From positions 92,867,426 to 92,931,425 of the forward strand of contig NC_068985.1 in NCBI RefSeq assembly GCF_001194135.2: a stretch of DNA of 64,000 bases, given 5' to 3'. The notes under the pieces were generated by a model that saw nothing but the letters and a program-made list of their open reading frames with translations, did not search any database and was not told the DNA's origin. A program made the position numbers and the translations under genes. This DNA is from Octopus bimaculoides (Eukaryota). Positions 25,929 to 37,950 of this stretch are shown here, in pieces. The first letter of the stretch is position 1; the number at the start of each line of letters is the position of its first letter.

Positions 25929-28003
25929 TAAAGATTAATTTCTACACAATCCAGAAATTAAATTGTTCAAAAAAAAAAAGAAAAAAAGAACTTTCAATAG
26001 CCATAGAAGAGATCATCTGTTTTGTTTTTCTGTCCTAAAGTTGTTGGATAGATAGATTGGCTCAAATATTAAGAGTTAATAGTCCTGTTTTAACGGAAAT
26101 GGCATAGTAAATACCTTTTGTTGATTGTCTTTTAACCAGTCTTTCCTGAGAATTTGGTGTATTGTTTATTGTTTACTGTCTTTTCTTGTCATTGGAGAAA
26201 ATATTTCAATTTTATATTTTGAACATGAAAGATGAAAATTCAGGGGAAATAAATTTATGATTTGTGGTGTTTGTTATGCTTGTAGCACCATAAATTTGTG
26301 TTTAAATCATTTTTGTTATAACTGAATTTGTGTATTGTTGCCAATTTGATTCTAAACACCCTGAACTAAGGAAGTCATTACAACTGGTAAAAATAGCGAC
26401 CAAATATCATTAAGATCTCACTTTACTCTCCTAAAAGAGTAAGGACTACACACTGGATATTTCTTTATATGATTAAAAAAGTCTATGAGAGCCAGAGAGC
26501 CCTTTGGTCATATGTTTCCTTGATCAGAGCTGGTCTGGAGTTAAACAACTTACTAAACATCTGTTAATAGGCCAAAAAAAAAAATGATATATTATTAGAT
26601 TTTCATGAGTCATTTAAATGATATATTATGTATGCTATGATGAGTGAAATTCACCTCTGGGATTATCATTTTATTACAGAAAATTTCTCCATTAAAAGAA
26701 AAATACTTTTTTTTTAATTAAACTACTGGCAAATCAACTTGTTATTTGATGTTTTAATATTACAACATTTAGGTGAAGATGAAACAATCTTCTTAGATAA
26801 AGTTTGTAGTTAAAAATGTTTGGTGTTGGATTGGCTTGAAGTTTCCAGAATTTTTTTTTTCTTCTTCAAAAGAGCTGTTGAAAAATATTGCTTTCTACAG
26901 AATAAACCTAATCATATAACGAGCAGAACAGTTGCTGCGTAGAGATAAAAATCAGAAACCACTTGGTCAAGGAATTTTTACTGACATCTAGCTTGCCTTA
27001 TGTTTTTGTTTTTTTTTTTGTTTTAAGTTACCTTAATTTTATTTATAGGCTAATTTTCAGAGATGTCCTGCACTTGGGTATACTAAATTTAAACTTCAGC
27101 TGCTAATTGAGAGAAAGTTAGCTTTTATTTCTAACCAGATGCCAATTTTCTATCTTCAGAACCATGATTACACATTAGGTTTTTAAATTGTCAGTAAACA
27201 AAATGACTTAGAATCAGTTTTACATGTCTTCAAACCAACAGCATATCACTTGGTGATAAGTCTTCCATTTTCTACTTCTTTATTCTATTTAATTTGATAG
27301 CAGTTGTCAGCATAATCTAATTGGTTAAAAGTTTCAGTTTTTGAGTGGCTAAAATGGGCTCTGTTCCAATTTAACACTGAATGTTCGACATTCTTGCTTG
27401 ATTAGTGTTTACTTTGCAAATTGAAGCCAAAGTGTGATAGAGACATGCTAATGAGTATATGGTTCAAACTCAAGGACAAGAAATTATAGCTTTTCTGCCT
27501 ATAAATAACAAGATAATTCTGGAACTATCTTTTGATATCTGTATAAGAAAATTTCAGCCTGTAAAACTGAAATATTCCAATTTTCAAACTAGTGTCATGC
27601 TATGCTTAAAACATTGCTGCTTTATAGCAGGTCAATAAGATATTTCCGTATCCTAGCATTTTTTTTTTTTAAATGCATGTATATTTCTATGTATAGCATA
27701 TATATAAATGTGCATGTATACATGTGTCTATATGTTATAAAAACATTTCATTACTGAATAAGTAATGTCTTCATACAGAAAAACAGAGAATAGAGAACTG
27801 TTACTTTATACTTTTGATTCTTGAAATTTTCAGGAATTCTTATCTAATGAATGTTGACGGGAACATTTTGGAATGGATTGTTTCTAAATTAGAATATGAA
27901 TATATTTATTGTATCCTATGGATCTGGTTAGAAATTTGAGAATATTCCCCAATTTTCAAAAGTTAGCAATTTTCAACATTTTTCTGTCCACGACATAACA
28001 CTA

Positions 28004-29155
28004 CAGGGTGCGGTGAATAAATTGTCGTCTTAATTATACAAAAATGAAAATAACGCGGACATCTCATTTTTACCAAAATTACATAAAAATACCTTGAAAT
28101 ACTCAAGAGTAAATTTATTCAATAAAATCACCATTGGCTTCAACTATGGCCTCCAGACGACTTCAGAATCTCCCGCAACTCTTCCGGATGGTCTCTGCCA
28201 TAATTCTTGCCTTCAGGTCATCTTTTGTGTTAGGAGTTTTGTTGGTCTCTCACTCAACTGCACCCCACACATAATGCAGAGTCTTGTTGCCAGACACAGG
28301 GTCTTCTAGCAGCCACCCTCTTGACCCAGGGCAACACTACCTCCTGCAGGCACTTGATGTAGGACTCTATGTTGAATCTGAGGCCGTATGGGAAGATGGA
28401 GGCATAACGTCGCCACCACTAGTGATCACTCCAAACACCATGATGTTGACTGGATGTTTGATTTTTATCACTCTCAGTACATGTTTTGGGGACACAGCAA
28501 GCCAATGGTTGTTCTGTGTGTTCACCATCTGATCCTGCCAGAATTTTTTCTTGTCTGAGAAAAGCCAAAGCATGTCTGCTTGGAGGGGATGCTTGAGTTG
28601 GTTCAAAAGCATTGTAACATGGTCTTTCCACCTGTCTTTGATGGCTTGGAATAAAAATTTGGCCCTTTCTCATCTTGTATGAGGAATAACAAATGTCTTC
28701 ATGTACTACCTGCCAGATAAGAAAATCAGGTACTCCCATGTCCCTGGCAATGGATCTGATTGACTTGGAGAGAATGTTGTCACTCATGACTTGGATTTCA
28801 CTAACAAATTCGATTCTTTTCTTATCAGAATGTCCAGAGTGAGTTTTCCAAGCTGCCATACCTTCGCAATCACCATTAGACTCCTCCAACTCTTTCGGAA
28901 TTTACTGCGCTGTCCTCTGATTGACACCCAAACACTCTGAAATGTTCATATTGGAGCTTCTGGCATGAATGCCTATCACTACAACATGTCATTTCCAAAT
29001 TTCTGGCAGAGAGAATTGCGTCATGGTGCTGTTTTTCTCACGGACAGTACCCAACTGACCCTACTATACTGTGTAGTCGACAAAATCAAAAACAAGCAAA
29101 GTGCATGCACGAAATTAGAAGTATAAAATGGCAACAATTTACCCATTGCACCCTG
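28004..29155 (-). mobile_element. Tc1/mariner-superfamily transposon, maT/DD37D-like, with both TIRs and TA TSD
   Basis: TIRs CAGGGTGCGGTGAATAAATTGTCGTC (28004) and GGCAACAATTTACCCATTGCACCCTG (ending 29155); TA at 28002-03 and 29156-57. Confidence 0.9.
28115..29024 (-). pseudogene. Disrupted DDD transposase of the element above
   Basis: Reads MTQFSLPEIWK*..SIRSIARDMGV..SYKMRKGQ / WLFSDKKKF..KHPVNIMVFGVITSGG / VWQQDSA-(deletion)-YVWGAVE..RLEAIVEANGDFIE*. It has stops, frameshifts and a deletion of the third catalytic-D region. Confidence 0.85.
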
Positions 29156-29349
29156 TACATTGATTATGGACTTAAGCATTGCTGCAAATCATTAACTTTT
29201 TAAAGGTTTTAGGCATAAATGTAACTTTCAGGGGTTAGCTTTGCTCTCATATCCTTTTGAGCTCAGTCATATTGCATGGCACTTGAGCAAGTGTTTTATA
29301 CTGTAAGCCCTTGGCCAACCAAATGAATTGGACAGATGAAAACTAGATG

Positions 29350-29837
29350 GAAACTGGTCCTCTGTGGATCACATCCCTACTTCTCAACATAGTCACCATT
29401 TTTCTCAATAGCAACGTTCCATTTCTGAATGAGAGCATGTATCCCTGCCCCGTAAAATTCTGTTGACTGTTCTCTGAGCCACCTCTTCACTACAGTTTTC
29501 ACTTCTTCATCACTGGAATAATTTAGCGCCTTCAGACTATCATCTCTTCAGCCCCATGAAAGAGGGTTGGAGAGATAAACATTATTCCAGTGACGAGGAA
29601 GTGAAAACTGTAGTGAAGAAGTGGCTCAGATAACAGTCAACAGAATTTTACAGGTCATGGATACATGCTCTCATTCAAAGATTGAACGTTGCTACTGAGA
29701 GAAATGGTAACTATGTTGAGAAGTAGGAATATGTTCCACAGAGGACCAGCTTCATTCTAATGCATGATACATGTTACTGCGTCGGTAATTATACCTGTCC
29801 TAAACAAAATGGCAATACTTCTTGACTCACCCTTGTA
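29350..29837 (+). mobile_element. Mariner 3' end with inverted duplication (fold-back)
   Basis: From about 29523 the plus strand reads LAPSDYHLFSPMKEGWRDKHYSSDEEVKTVVKKWLR*QSTEFY..ERNGNYVEK*, followed by a TIR-like end TACTTCTTGACTCACCCTTG-TA (to 29837). 29350-29522 is the reverse complement of 29581-29753. Confidence 0.9.
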
Positions 29838-30990
29838 CAATAAAATAAAATGACTGTAACAAGTCTTGCTATGAACAATAAATCTTGTGAACATATTTTC
29901 CGATGACCATTCTCTGCATTATCTATAGTTGTTTACTGGTTGATAAATAAAATTACATCTGATTCTGCTTCATTTTGTTCTCTCAGAAAAATAGTGTTTG
30001 AATAGTTATTACCTGCTTATGAAAAGTTATTATATGTTATAATTTAATATAATTACATTGGATAACATTGTGATTCTAGCTTTCATAGCTATCTTGTTAA
30101 ATACAATATAATACTCCAGTGCATTGGAGTAGCTTACACTTCAGTTGCTTCAGTAAAAATCATCAATAAATTGTAGTAAATTTGTTCAGATAATTATTCT
30201 TAGTAATACGCGACCTTGCATAAGTGTGGTTTTTTGTTTGTATTTCATATGAATGCCGTGACTTTTAATATATAGAATCATATTTTCTATACATTTTTTT
30301 TTTTTTTTAATAAGAAACCTTGTGGTTTGAAAATTTCTAGGTAAAGTACAACCAGGAGGTGAAGTCATAGAGCTGAATTTCTCCCCTCCTTCCACCTCAA
30401 GAAACAAAAATAATAACGAAAATAAAATGGAAACAAATATCCTGAAAGCATTGAGTTAAAATCAGTAATAGCTAAGTAAGTTCAATATTTTTAAAGCTAC
30501 ACTTAATAAAAGAAGTTGATGGAAGAGACCAGCAGTTAGAACCTCTTTGTTAAATAAACCGATTAAATTGTCAATATCATACATTGTCTGGCTTCACTTG
30601 ACATAAGATAATGTAATGGCTGCTGGATTGCTTCTTGACAATATAATGTTAATCTTGAGTTAATAATTGATTTAATGTATGTCCATATTGCTATAGGTTT
30701 TGAACACCTGCAACAAGGTAGCCTCGAAATAGTCAATCGACCTGCTAGAAATAGCAGCCAAATCTCATTCTAAAATAGGAAAAAGTGTGCATTGAATGCT
30801 GTAATTCCTGGTAAACAAGGTGTTCGTGATTGGAATAGCTTCAAATTATGAGGCCTGCTTGAACAGGTTTCAGCTGGAACTGAGCAATAACAACACGTTT
30901 ACTGTGTAACTTTTTGTTTCTTAATCCATCTTCTTCTCTGTAATGTGTAGTCTTTCATATCCTTTGTAACAATTTCATCTCTACTTTATG

Positions 30991-31482
30991 TACTCCGACC
31001 GGCACCTGTGCCAGTGGAGCACTAACGGCACCGTCTGAGCTTGATCATAGCCAGAGCAGCTGTCTGGCTTCCATGCTTGTGGCACGTAAATAGCACCATT
31101 TGAGCATGATCGTTACCAGCGTTGCCTTACTGGCACTTGTGCTGGTGGCATGTTAGAAAATCATTCGAGCGAGGTCATTGCCTGTACTGCTGGACTGGCT
31201 CATCTGCAGGTGGCCATTTTGAGCATGGCCATTGCCAGCAGTCGCCTATGCACACCGGCCTCCCCTTTCTACGCCGCCTGTGTTATCCAAGGAAAATGCA
31301 AAGGGGCCGATACAGCTTGGCACCAGTGACATTACAACACATTTCTACAGCTGAGTGAACTGGAGCAACGTGAAATAAAGTGTCTTGCTCAAGAACACAA
31401 CACACAGCCCGGTCCGGGATTTGAACTCACAACCTCACGATCGTAAGCTTGACACTCTAACCACTGAGCCATGTGCCTTCAC
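30991..31482. mobile_element. Composite: RTE 3'-UTR fragment (+) fused to a tRNA-SINE (-)
   Basis: 31240-31482 reads on the minus strand as a tRNA head plus the core shared with the SINE at 11060. 30991-31235 matches the reverse complement of 63890-64000. Confidence 0.7.
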
Positions 31483-31926
31483 ATACTAACCCACTAAGTG
31501 TGTGTGTGTGTATGTGTGTATATATATATATATATACATACACACGCACACGCTCATAAAACAGTAATGTATGCATAATGATTAAGGTAGTGAATTAGCC
31601 GTCATTATGCCATTGGATAGAATGCTCACATGATTTGTTTTTACTCTCTGCATACTTGAGTTCAAATTCCAATGGGATTTACTTTGTCTTGGGTGAAGTT
31701 TGATTAAAAAATACTAATTCAGGAAGAGAAATTGGTGAAAAATGTAGAAGTTTGGGTAAGGTGCCTTGTAGTATATGTTCCAGATGAGTTCTGTATAATT
31801 GTGATGATACTGGTGCCAAGTTGGATCAACCTAGGTCGTTGGAATTCCTTTTAGATAAACATTGGTATCATTGAGAGGGGGTAGCATGCTTGCAAAGATA
31901 AGTGGCAGTCATTCATAAAGAATCTT

Positions 31927-31978
<52 letters not shown>

Positions 31979-31989
31979 ACACACATATC

Positions 31990-32450
31990 TTCCTTGCTGT
32001 TCCTCTTCCACAGCTTCAATCCATTTTTATTTGAGTATATGACCCTTCTTTCTTCAGCTATCCTCCTCTATACTCATCACATGGTCATACCAATACATTA
32101 TCCTTTCTTGAACATTACTCTTGATACCATTTATGACCAGTTCTCCTCTCAATTCATTTGTTCTCTCTCATTCATACACACTGTGATTACACATTCAATG
32201 AAGCATGTTTGCTTCATTTCTTGCTAGCTTTTGTGAATCCTCTACTATGCATCATTACACTTCACACACAAGTATCATGCAAGCTACCTTTCGCTCTAAA
32301 GGAGAAACCCTTTGTTGCCAACAGAAGTAATGGCACTCTTAACTTTTTCCAACCAACCATTACTTTGGTTATTATGCTCTCAGACCCATCCCCACTAATT
32401 AGACCCTCTAAGTAACAGAAACTAACAACTGCTTCTGAAAGATACCTGAG
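31990..32450 (-). mobile_element. RTE-clade LINE ORF2 C-terminal fragment
   Basis: The minus strand reads VVSFCYLEGLISGDGSESIITKVMVGWKKLRVPLLLLATKGFSFRAKGSLHDTCV, then ..MYWYDHVMSIEEDS.., matching RTE FxYLG..RIxxAWxKFR and RLRWYGHVxR. Confidence 0.75.
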
Positions 32451-33840
32451 CACTGGTGGGAGTTAATTTTGCAAGCACTCTTAATACTTTTGGCCCCTGT
32501 GCATTTACCATGAGTGAAATTTACTGTCTCTGTTAGCCTAACTTGATCCCAGGATATCCCTTGTACATTTAGGTAAAGGCATGGATCTTTGGTTGAGAAG
32601 TCCACTTCCCAATCATGTGTTTTCGGGTTCAATTCCACTGTGCAAGACTGTCAGTATGCATGCATTTGTGCCTCTGTATTTGTCTATATTTGTGATGGAC
32701 CATATGAAAGTGTGGCAAGTGGTGTTGTCAGTTTCTCCACTCAACAAACTGTCTTGCTTCCTCTTGCCACTAAAGTTATGTTGGATAAAAGATACCCACT
32801 TGAAAAACAGAACATGGTTAGCTTCAGGAAGGATATCTAACTGTAAAACAATGTCTTGGATAACATTTTACATATTCTAAGACATTCCAAAATTCTATGT
32901 CATGTGCCACTTAATATATGAGATTTCTCTCTCCATATCTGCCAGGGTCCAAGGAAAGTCTTTCTCCTTCCTTCTTGTGCTTGTATGATAGTGTTAAGGG
33001 AAGGGGCTTGCTGGTTTCCATTGTATAGTGCTGCTGTACCAGGTTTTTTGTTGTTTTTTTCTTTCTGTTAGAAGATCCATATCTAAACTTTGTCAGTTGC
33101 TGGTGACAGTGGCAAAGCTGAGATCAAACATTTTTAAAGATATAAATCCATTTTCCATTAGACTTATTTAAAGATAATTCTTTTATTATTGTCTATATCA
33201 AAGTATACTTATATTTTATCTTAAATCATTTTGATCCTCAACAGATTCTTAATATCTTTCTCTTTCATGCTATTTCTTTTGAGACCAAATTACAAGAGTA
33301 ATCCCATTAACAGTGACCTATCTTTTCTTAATGTCAGTGCTTTCTTTAAGATCATTGCCAAAAGATCAGTCAGGATTAGAATAAATTACATTAAAGGCAA
33401 TTTTTTTAAAGTTTTAAATTCATTTCTTGTTGAATCTAATGACTTATAAATGTATGTTTAATTTGTTAGCAGGACTTATTCATTTGGGTGTCAATGTTTC
33501 AAACCACAAACATTGAAGTCATATAAGATGGATTGATGCCAGCAACTAATTGAAAGCATCTATTTAATCTTTTATTTGACTTGTTGTTTCTGGAGCATAT
33601 GCTACTCATTGATAATATAATTAGATATATGCTTCAGGTTAATTAGTGCTAATAGTATATTCGTCATTTCATAAAGATTACTCACTGAATGAAGAAATGA
33701 CAAAAATAAAATTAAAATATCTGTACGTGTCTTATATGGATGTAGAATAATTTTCAACGAATCACATTTCCAACTCTATTGTTTTTTTGTTTTTTTGTAT
33801 GTGTGTGTTTCTAAATAATTTTCTGGAATTGTTTCACAGA

Positions 33841-34011
33841 TGCAGGTATGGTTCTGTAGTTAAGTTCACTTTGCAACTGTGTAGCTTTGAGTTCAGTGCC
33901 ACTGCCATAATGCCTTGGGCAAGTGTCTTCAGATGTAACCCCAGGTTGACCAATGCCTTGTAAGTAAATTTTGTAGCCAGAAACTTAGAGGAAGCCCATC
34001 ACATATGTGTG

Positions 34012-34069
<58 letters not shown>

Positions 34070-34320
34070 CAGTACTGCCTGATTGGCACTTGTGCCAGTG
34101 GAATGTTAAAAGCACACCTGAGTGTGATCGTTGCCAGAGCCAGTGGCATGATCATTGCCAGCGTTGGCGTACATGAAAAACAACATTCAAGCATGGTCGT
34201 TGAAGAGTAAAGGTACCAGGGCCAATTTGTTTCACCAATTTCTTCAAGGCAACAACCGAACATGGCTTCAGTTCAGTGACTGAAACATGTTAAAGTTAAT
34301 AGTTAAGAGATAAAAATTTA
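33841..34320 (+). mobile_element. Old family-A SINE (head, (TA)n, tail) with an RTE-UTR-like segment in the middle
   Basis: The head/core CTTGGGCAAGTGTCTTC is near 33915, (TA)n is at about 34015-34066, and the tail CATGGCTTCAGTTCAGTGACTGAAAC is near 34261. 34075-34205 resembles 31000-31230. Confidence 0.6.
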
Positions 34321-36340
34321 AAAGATAAAATTGTCCTTAGTAAAACTCAACAACATCTACAATTTAGCAACTGTAAATTTTAATGTAGTTGTTGCATTGA
34401 TATGCCTGTGGGAAATAGTGTCGTTACAATGGTAACTATTACATGTAGCAGTAAGTTCTGAGCAAATAAAGGTCATCTGTAATCTTTCACAGTGTTTGTA
34501 TTAGAGAACTACCTCTATTATCATTAGCAAAAAAACAAAGGTGGAACGAATATTATAGTTCTGTTGTATCATTAGTTGATTGATAGGCCTGTATTTTGAC
34601 CTTTTGCATATTGCTGTGGGTAGCTTTGTGTAGTGGTAGGTCTGAATGAGATGAATCTGTAAGCAATTGGTTACATTTCAATTATTTTGTTAGTATAATT
34701 AGGAAAAGAGGTGAATGTCAGAACGTGTCATTTCTCTGCATTTACAAAGCACTAAAACTTTATGAGTGATGACTAAACTATTATTATTATTGGGTGTTTT
34801 ATTGTAAATCTAACACAATTTTTCATTCTATTTCTATTTAATTATTGTATTTATTATGCTATGTAAAATGTGTAATATATGAAAGTTGCTGTTAAAAATA
34901 TATACTTACAGCAAATATGTCTTATTTTCTATGGAAGCAATAATGTTTGTTGTTTTTCTTTTGATTTTGCTATGAAAATAATCAATTCACACAAATAGAT
35001 ACCATTGTAGTTACTGACTTCTCCCACCGTAACCTTACCTGTAATGGTAACTCAAACAAATAGCTCACATGTAATTGAGTTCCACTTGAGGTCGTGTAAG
35101 ATTATTAAAATACTTTATTGGACACTGTACTTGAGTTGGATAAATTTTACCTTTCAATAATAAAAGAATGCTTGGGCTGAAATAGATTTCAGTCAGTTGG
35201 TTTATTAAAACAAAAAATAGGGAACTAATTCTAATAGGAATTAGGAAATTCACTGCAGCAGGCAAATCAGTTATTGACACTCTTCAAGACACCCTTACCC
35301 GATAATGATTTCTTTTCATATTTTTACCTGTGTTAGTGTCAGATATACAATGCTGAGTGATGCTTGATAGAGGAATCCTTACAGCCCAACTCTGTGAGCT
35401 CAGTGCCCACTGGCACTTTTAGCATTGTGAGAATGGTCCCTATACCTCTCATTTAACAATTATATACTGCTCCGATATAATCCTACTAAATGCATCTGTT
35501 CTTGTATTCATCCTGTACATTTATCCTCAATGCTTTCCTAAAAATCCATTCCTCTGGCATTTTCTTTTCACTTAGATACCAAATATTCTTGTATTTATAT
35601 ACTTTAAAACTGAACATCAAGCATATCAACTCCATCTATTCTTGAATCTTTTCCGAAGCTGGAAAAAGCTATGAGCATTGTCCCTACTCTTCTGATTAAC
35701 TAATGAATAAAAACTACAAGAGAAGTATTTGTAGCATTATTTTATTTCTGAATGATGGCTTTATTTGTTGGAGATCAGTGATGTGAGTTATTTTTAACTG
35801 TGTTTGGTATTCTAAGAAGTTTATATTTCATCTCATTGCACTTATTTAGCTGTGATTCATTGGAGCTTTTCACTGTACTCTAACTTTATTATGCATAATA
35901 ATAGGATGATAGTTGACCTATTCTTACTGCAAACATGAGATTAAGAAATATACTTTACTTCTATTTATGTGCATGTGACTAAATGCTGGCATGCACACAC
36001 ACACGTGTGTGAATGTGTGTGTGAGAGTGTATGTTATGAGTTTACGTATGTAAGCATTAAAGTGCTCAATACACTTGTGGTAAAAAAAAGTGTAGGGTCT
36101 ATTATTTGTGTAAATCCATGTTTCATTCAGGTATATGAGTAGATATTGTATACATGTGTGTGCTTGCTCATATTGCATTAAAGAAATCAAGTATTACACT
36201 ATGATTCTTTTTTTTTCTTACCTTTCTAAATAACGTTTGGCAAATCTAAGTTGCTTGCTTCACAGGCTGCATAAACTGACTATATGGGTTCATACACATA
36301 TAACTGTGTGTAATGTTGGTTTTGTTAAATTTAGATACTA

Positions 36341-36467
36341 CAGAGTGTCCACAAGGTCTGGGTACATGGAATAAATAAAATCATAACATAAACAATTAAA
36401 TATAAAAAATAATAATTTCTTAAAGTATGTGTTAATCCCCACCTACCCAAACTTTGTGGACACCCTG
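36341..36467. mobile_element. 127-bp Tc1/mariner-type MITE
   Basis: 24-bp TIRs CAGAGTGTCCACAAGGTCTGGGTA and TACCCAAACTTTGTGGACACCCTG (21/24), TA on both flanks, AT-rich interior. Confidence 0.85.
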
Positions 36468-36795
36468 TAGAATAAGATTTTCAAGATGTTCAGCCTTGCA
36501 CAGATGACGACAAAGGACTGAGAGGGTTAGTGCTCTGCTTTATTTAAGAAACCTTATCCATTACTACAAAGATGATATCCTAAAACCACTTGACCTTGCT
36601 TGTGTGTGCAAGGCCCTGTCCCACTCATCTGTCCCCCCTGTGTGACATGTCAAGCATCCGCTTCCCTCATTTTCATCCCTGTACATATTACATTCCATCA
36701 CTTCCCTAACAGACTCCCCACTGCAACTGCTTCCATTCCTCATCATCTTTGCCAACACTATTTCTACCAATCACCATCTTTCTGTGCCTTCAGTC

Positions 36796-36898
<103 letters not shown>

Positions 36899-37763
36899 CT
36901 GCTACATTCCATTCTAAACAGACATGTCTTCTGTAGCTCCTTGTTTCCTTGTTCCTCTCTCTTCTCTGCTCCAATGCTTTTCACATCATTTTACTACAAT
37001 CTGTTTTGTTTTTTTTCTCCATCCTGACTCACTCATATCTCCCACCTTACCCTTCTTCATACTCGTTTTACCCATTATCTGCACCTCCAACCTTTGTTCA
37101 TCCCTCACTACATTAACCTTTATCACCACTTGTTTACTCCACCCTCTCTTACGGAAGCATGCACTCTCTCATTCCCTCCCATGACCCACTGTCCCTATCC
37201 TCTTATGCTCACATTGTTCTTTGGATTTGCTCTTGCACCCCATCACTGTCTCCCTTTATCTCTTTCTGCCATGTATCTCCTCTATAGCCAGACAATTGTG
37301 CTTACCCCTCTATCATACTTTAGCCCTTCAAAGGCTACCAATATCCACCTTCTCTTCCCAAATACTTCCTTTTAGTAATGGGAGTCCCGCCTCACCACCT
37401 TCTGTATTGCAAGTTACATGGCAACTTCACCAGGGCCAGTGGCTCAAAATAATGAAGTGCCCAGTACATTTTGTAAAACGGTTGGTGATAGGAGGGGGGC
37501 ATCCAACCCATAGAAACCCTGTCAGAGATGACATGGCTCTGCAACTTGCTGGATCCCTGTCAGACTATCCAGCACATGTCAGCATGGAAGCTGGACATGA
37601 AATGATGATATTGGAACACTCCAAATGTAGAATATTTCACACAATGATCAGAAAGTTATCTGAACATTCATAGAAAGACATTAGGTAACTTAGATATGCT
37701 TTGGCCAACAACTGACTGATGCCATGTCTAACTTAATAACATCACCTGATAGGATCTGTTAAG

Positions 37764-37950
37764 TCATTTTTGTGGTATCATAGCCCATACAAGTAGGAAG
37801 TTGTTGTAGACTGAGATGTGTCCTGGTATAGGTGGCTTATCAGGTATCCCTTGAAGAAATTTGTCCAGGTATCATTTGAAAGTGATGGGATCTTTTCTTT
37901 AATTTGCTTCAGGATGCTGTAAATAATGTCAACTAATTGATCCCCTGCAT
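37764..37950 (-). mobile_element. CR1/L2-like LINE ORF2 C-terminus fragment
   Basis: The minus strand reads DPITFK*YLDKFLQGIPDKPPIPGHISVYNNFLLVWA. FKxxLDxFL is the typical CR1/L2 ORF2 terminal motif. Confidence 0.6.

Noticed and set aside
25185-25931. 248-aa ORF in the ORF track
   Set aside because: Artefact of reading through the N gap.
28419-28889. 156-aa ORF as an intact gene
   Set aside because: It is part of the broken transposase and goes out of frame after ..MRKGQ.
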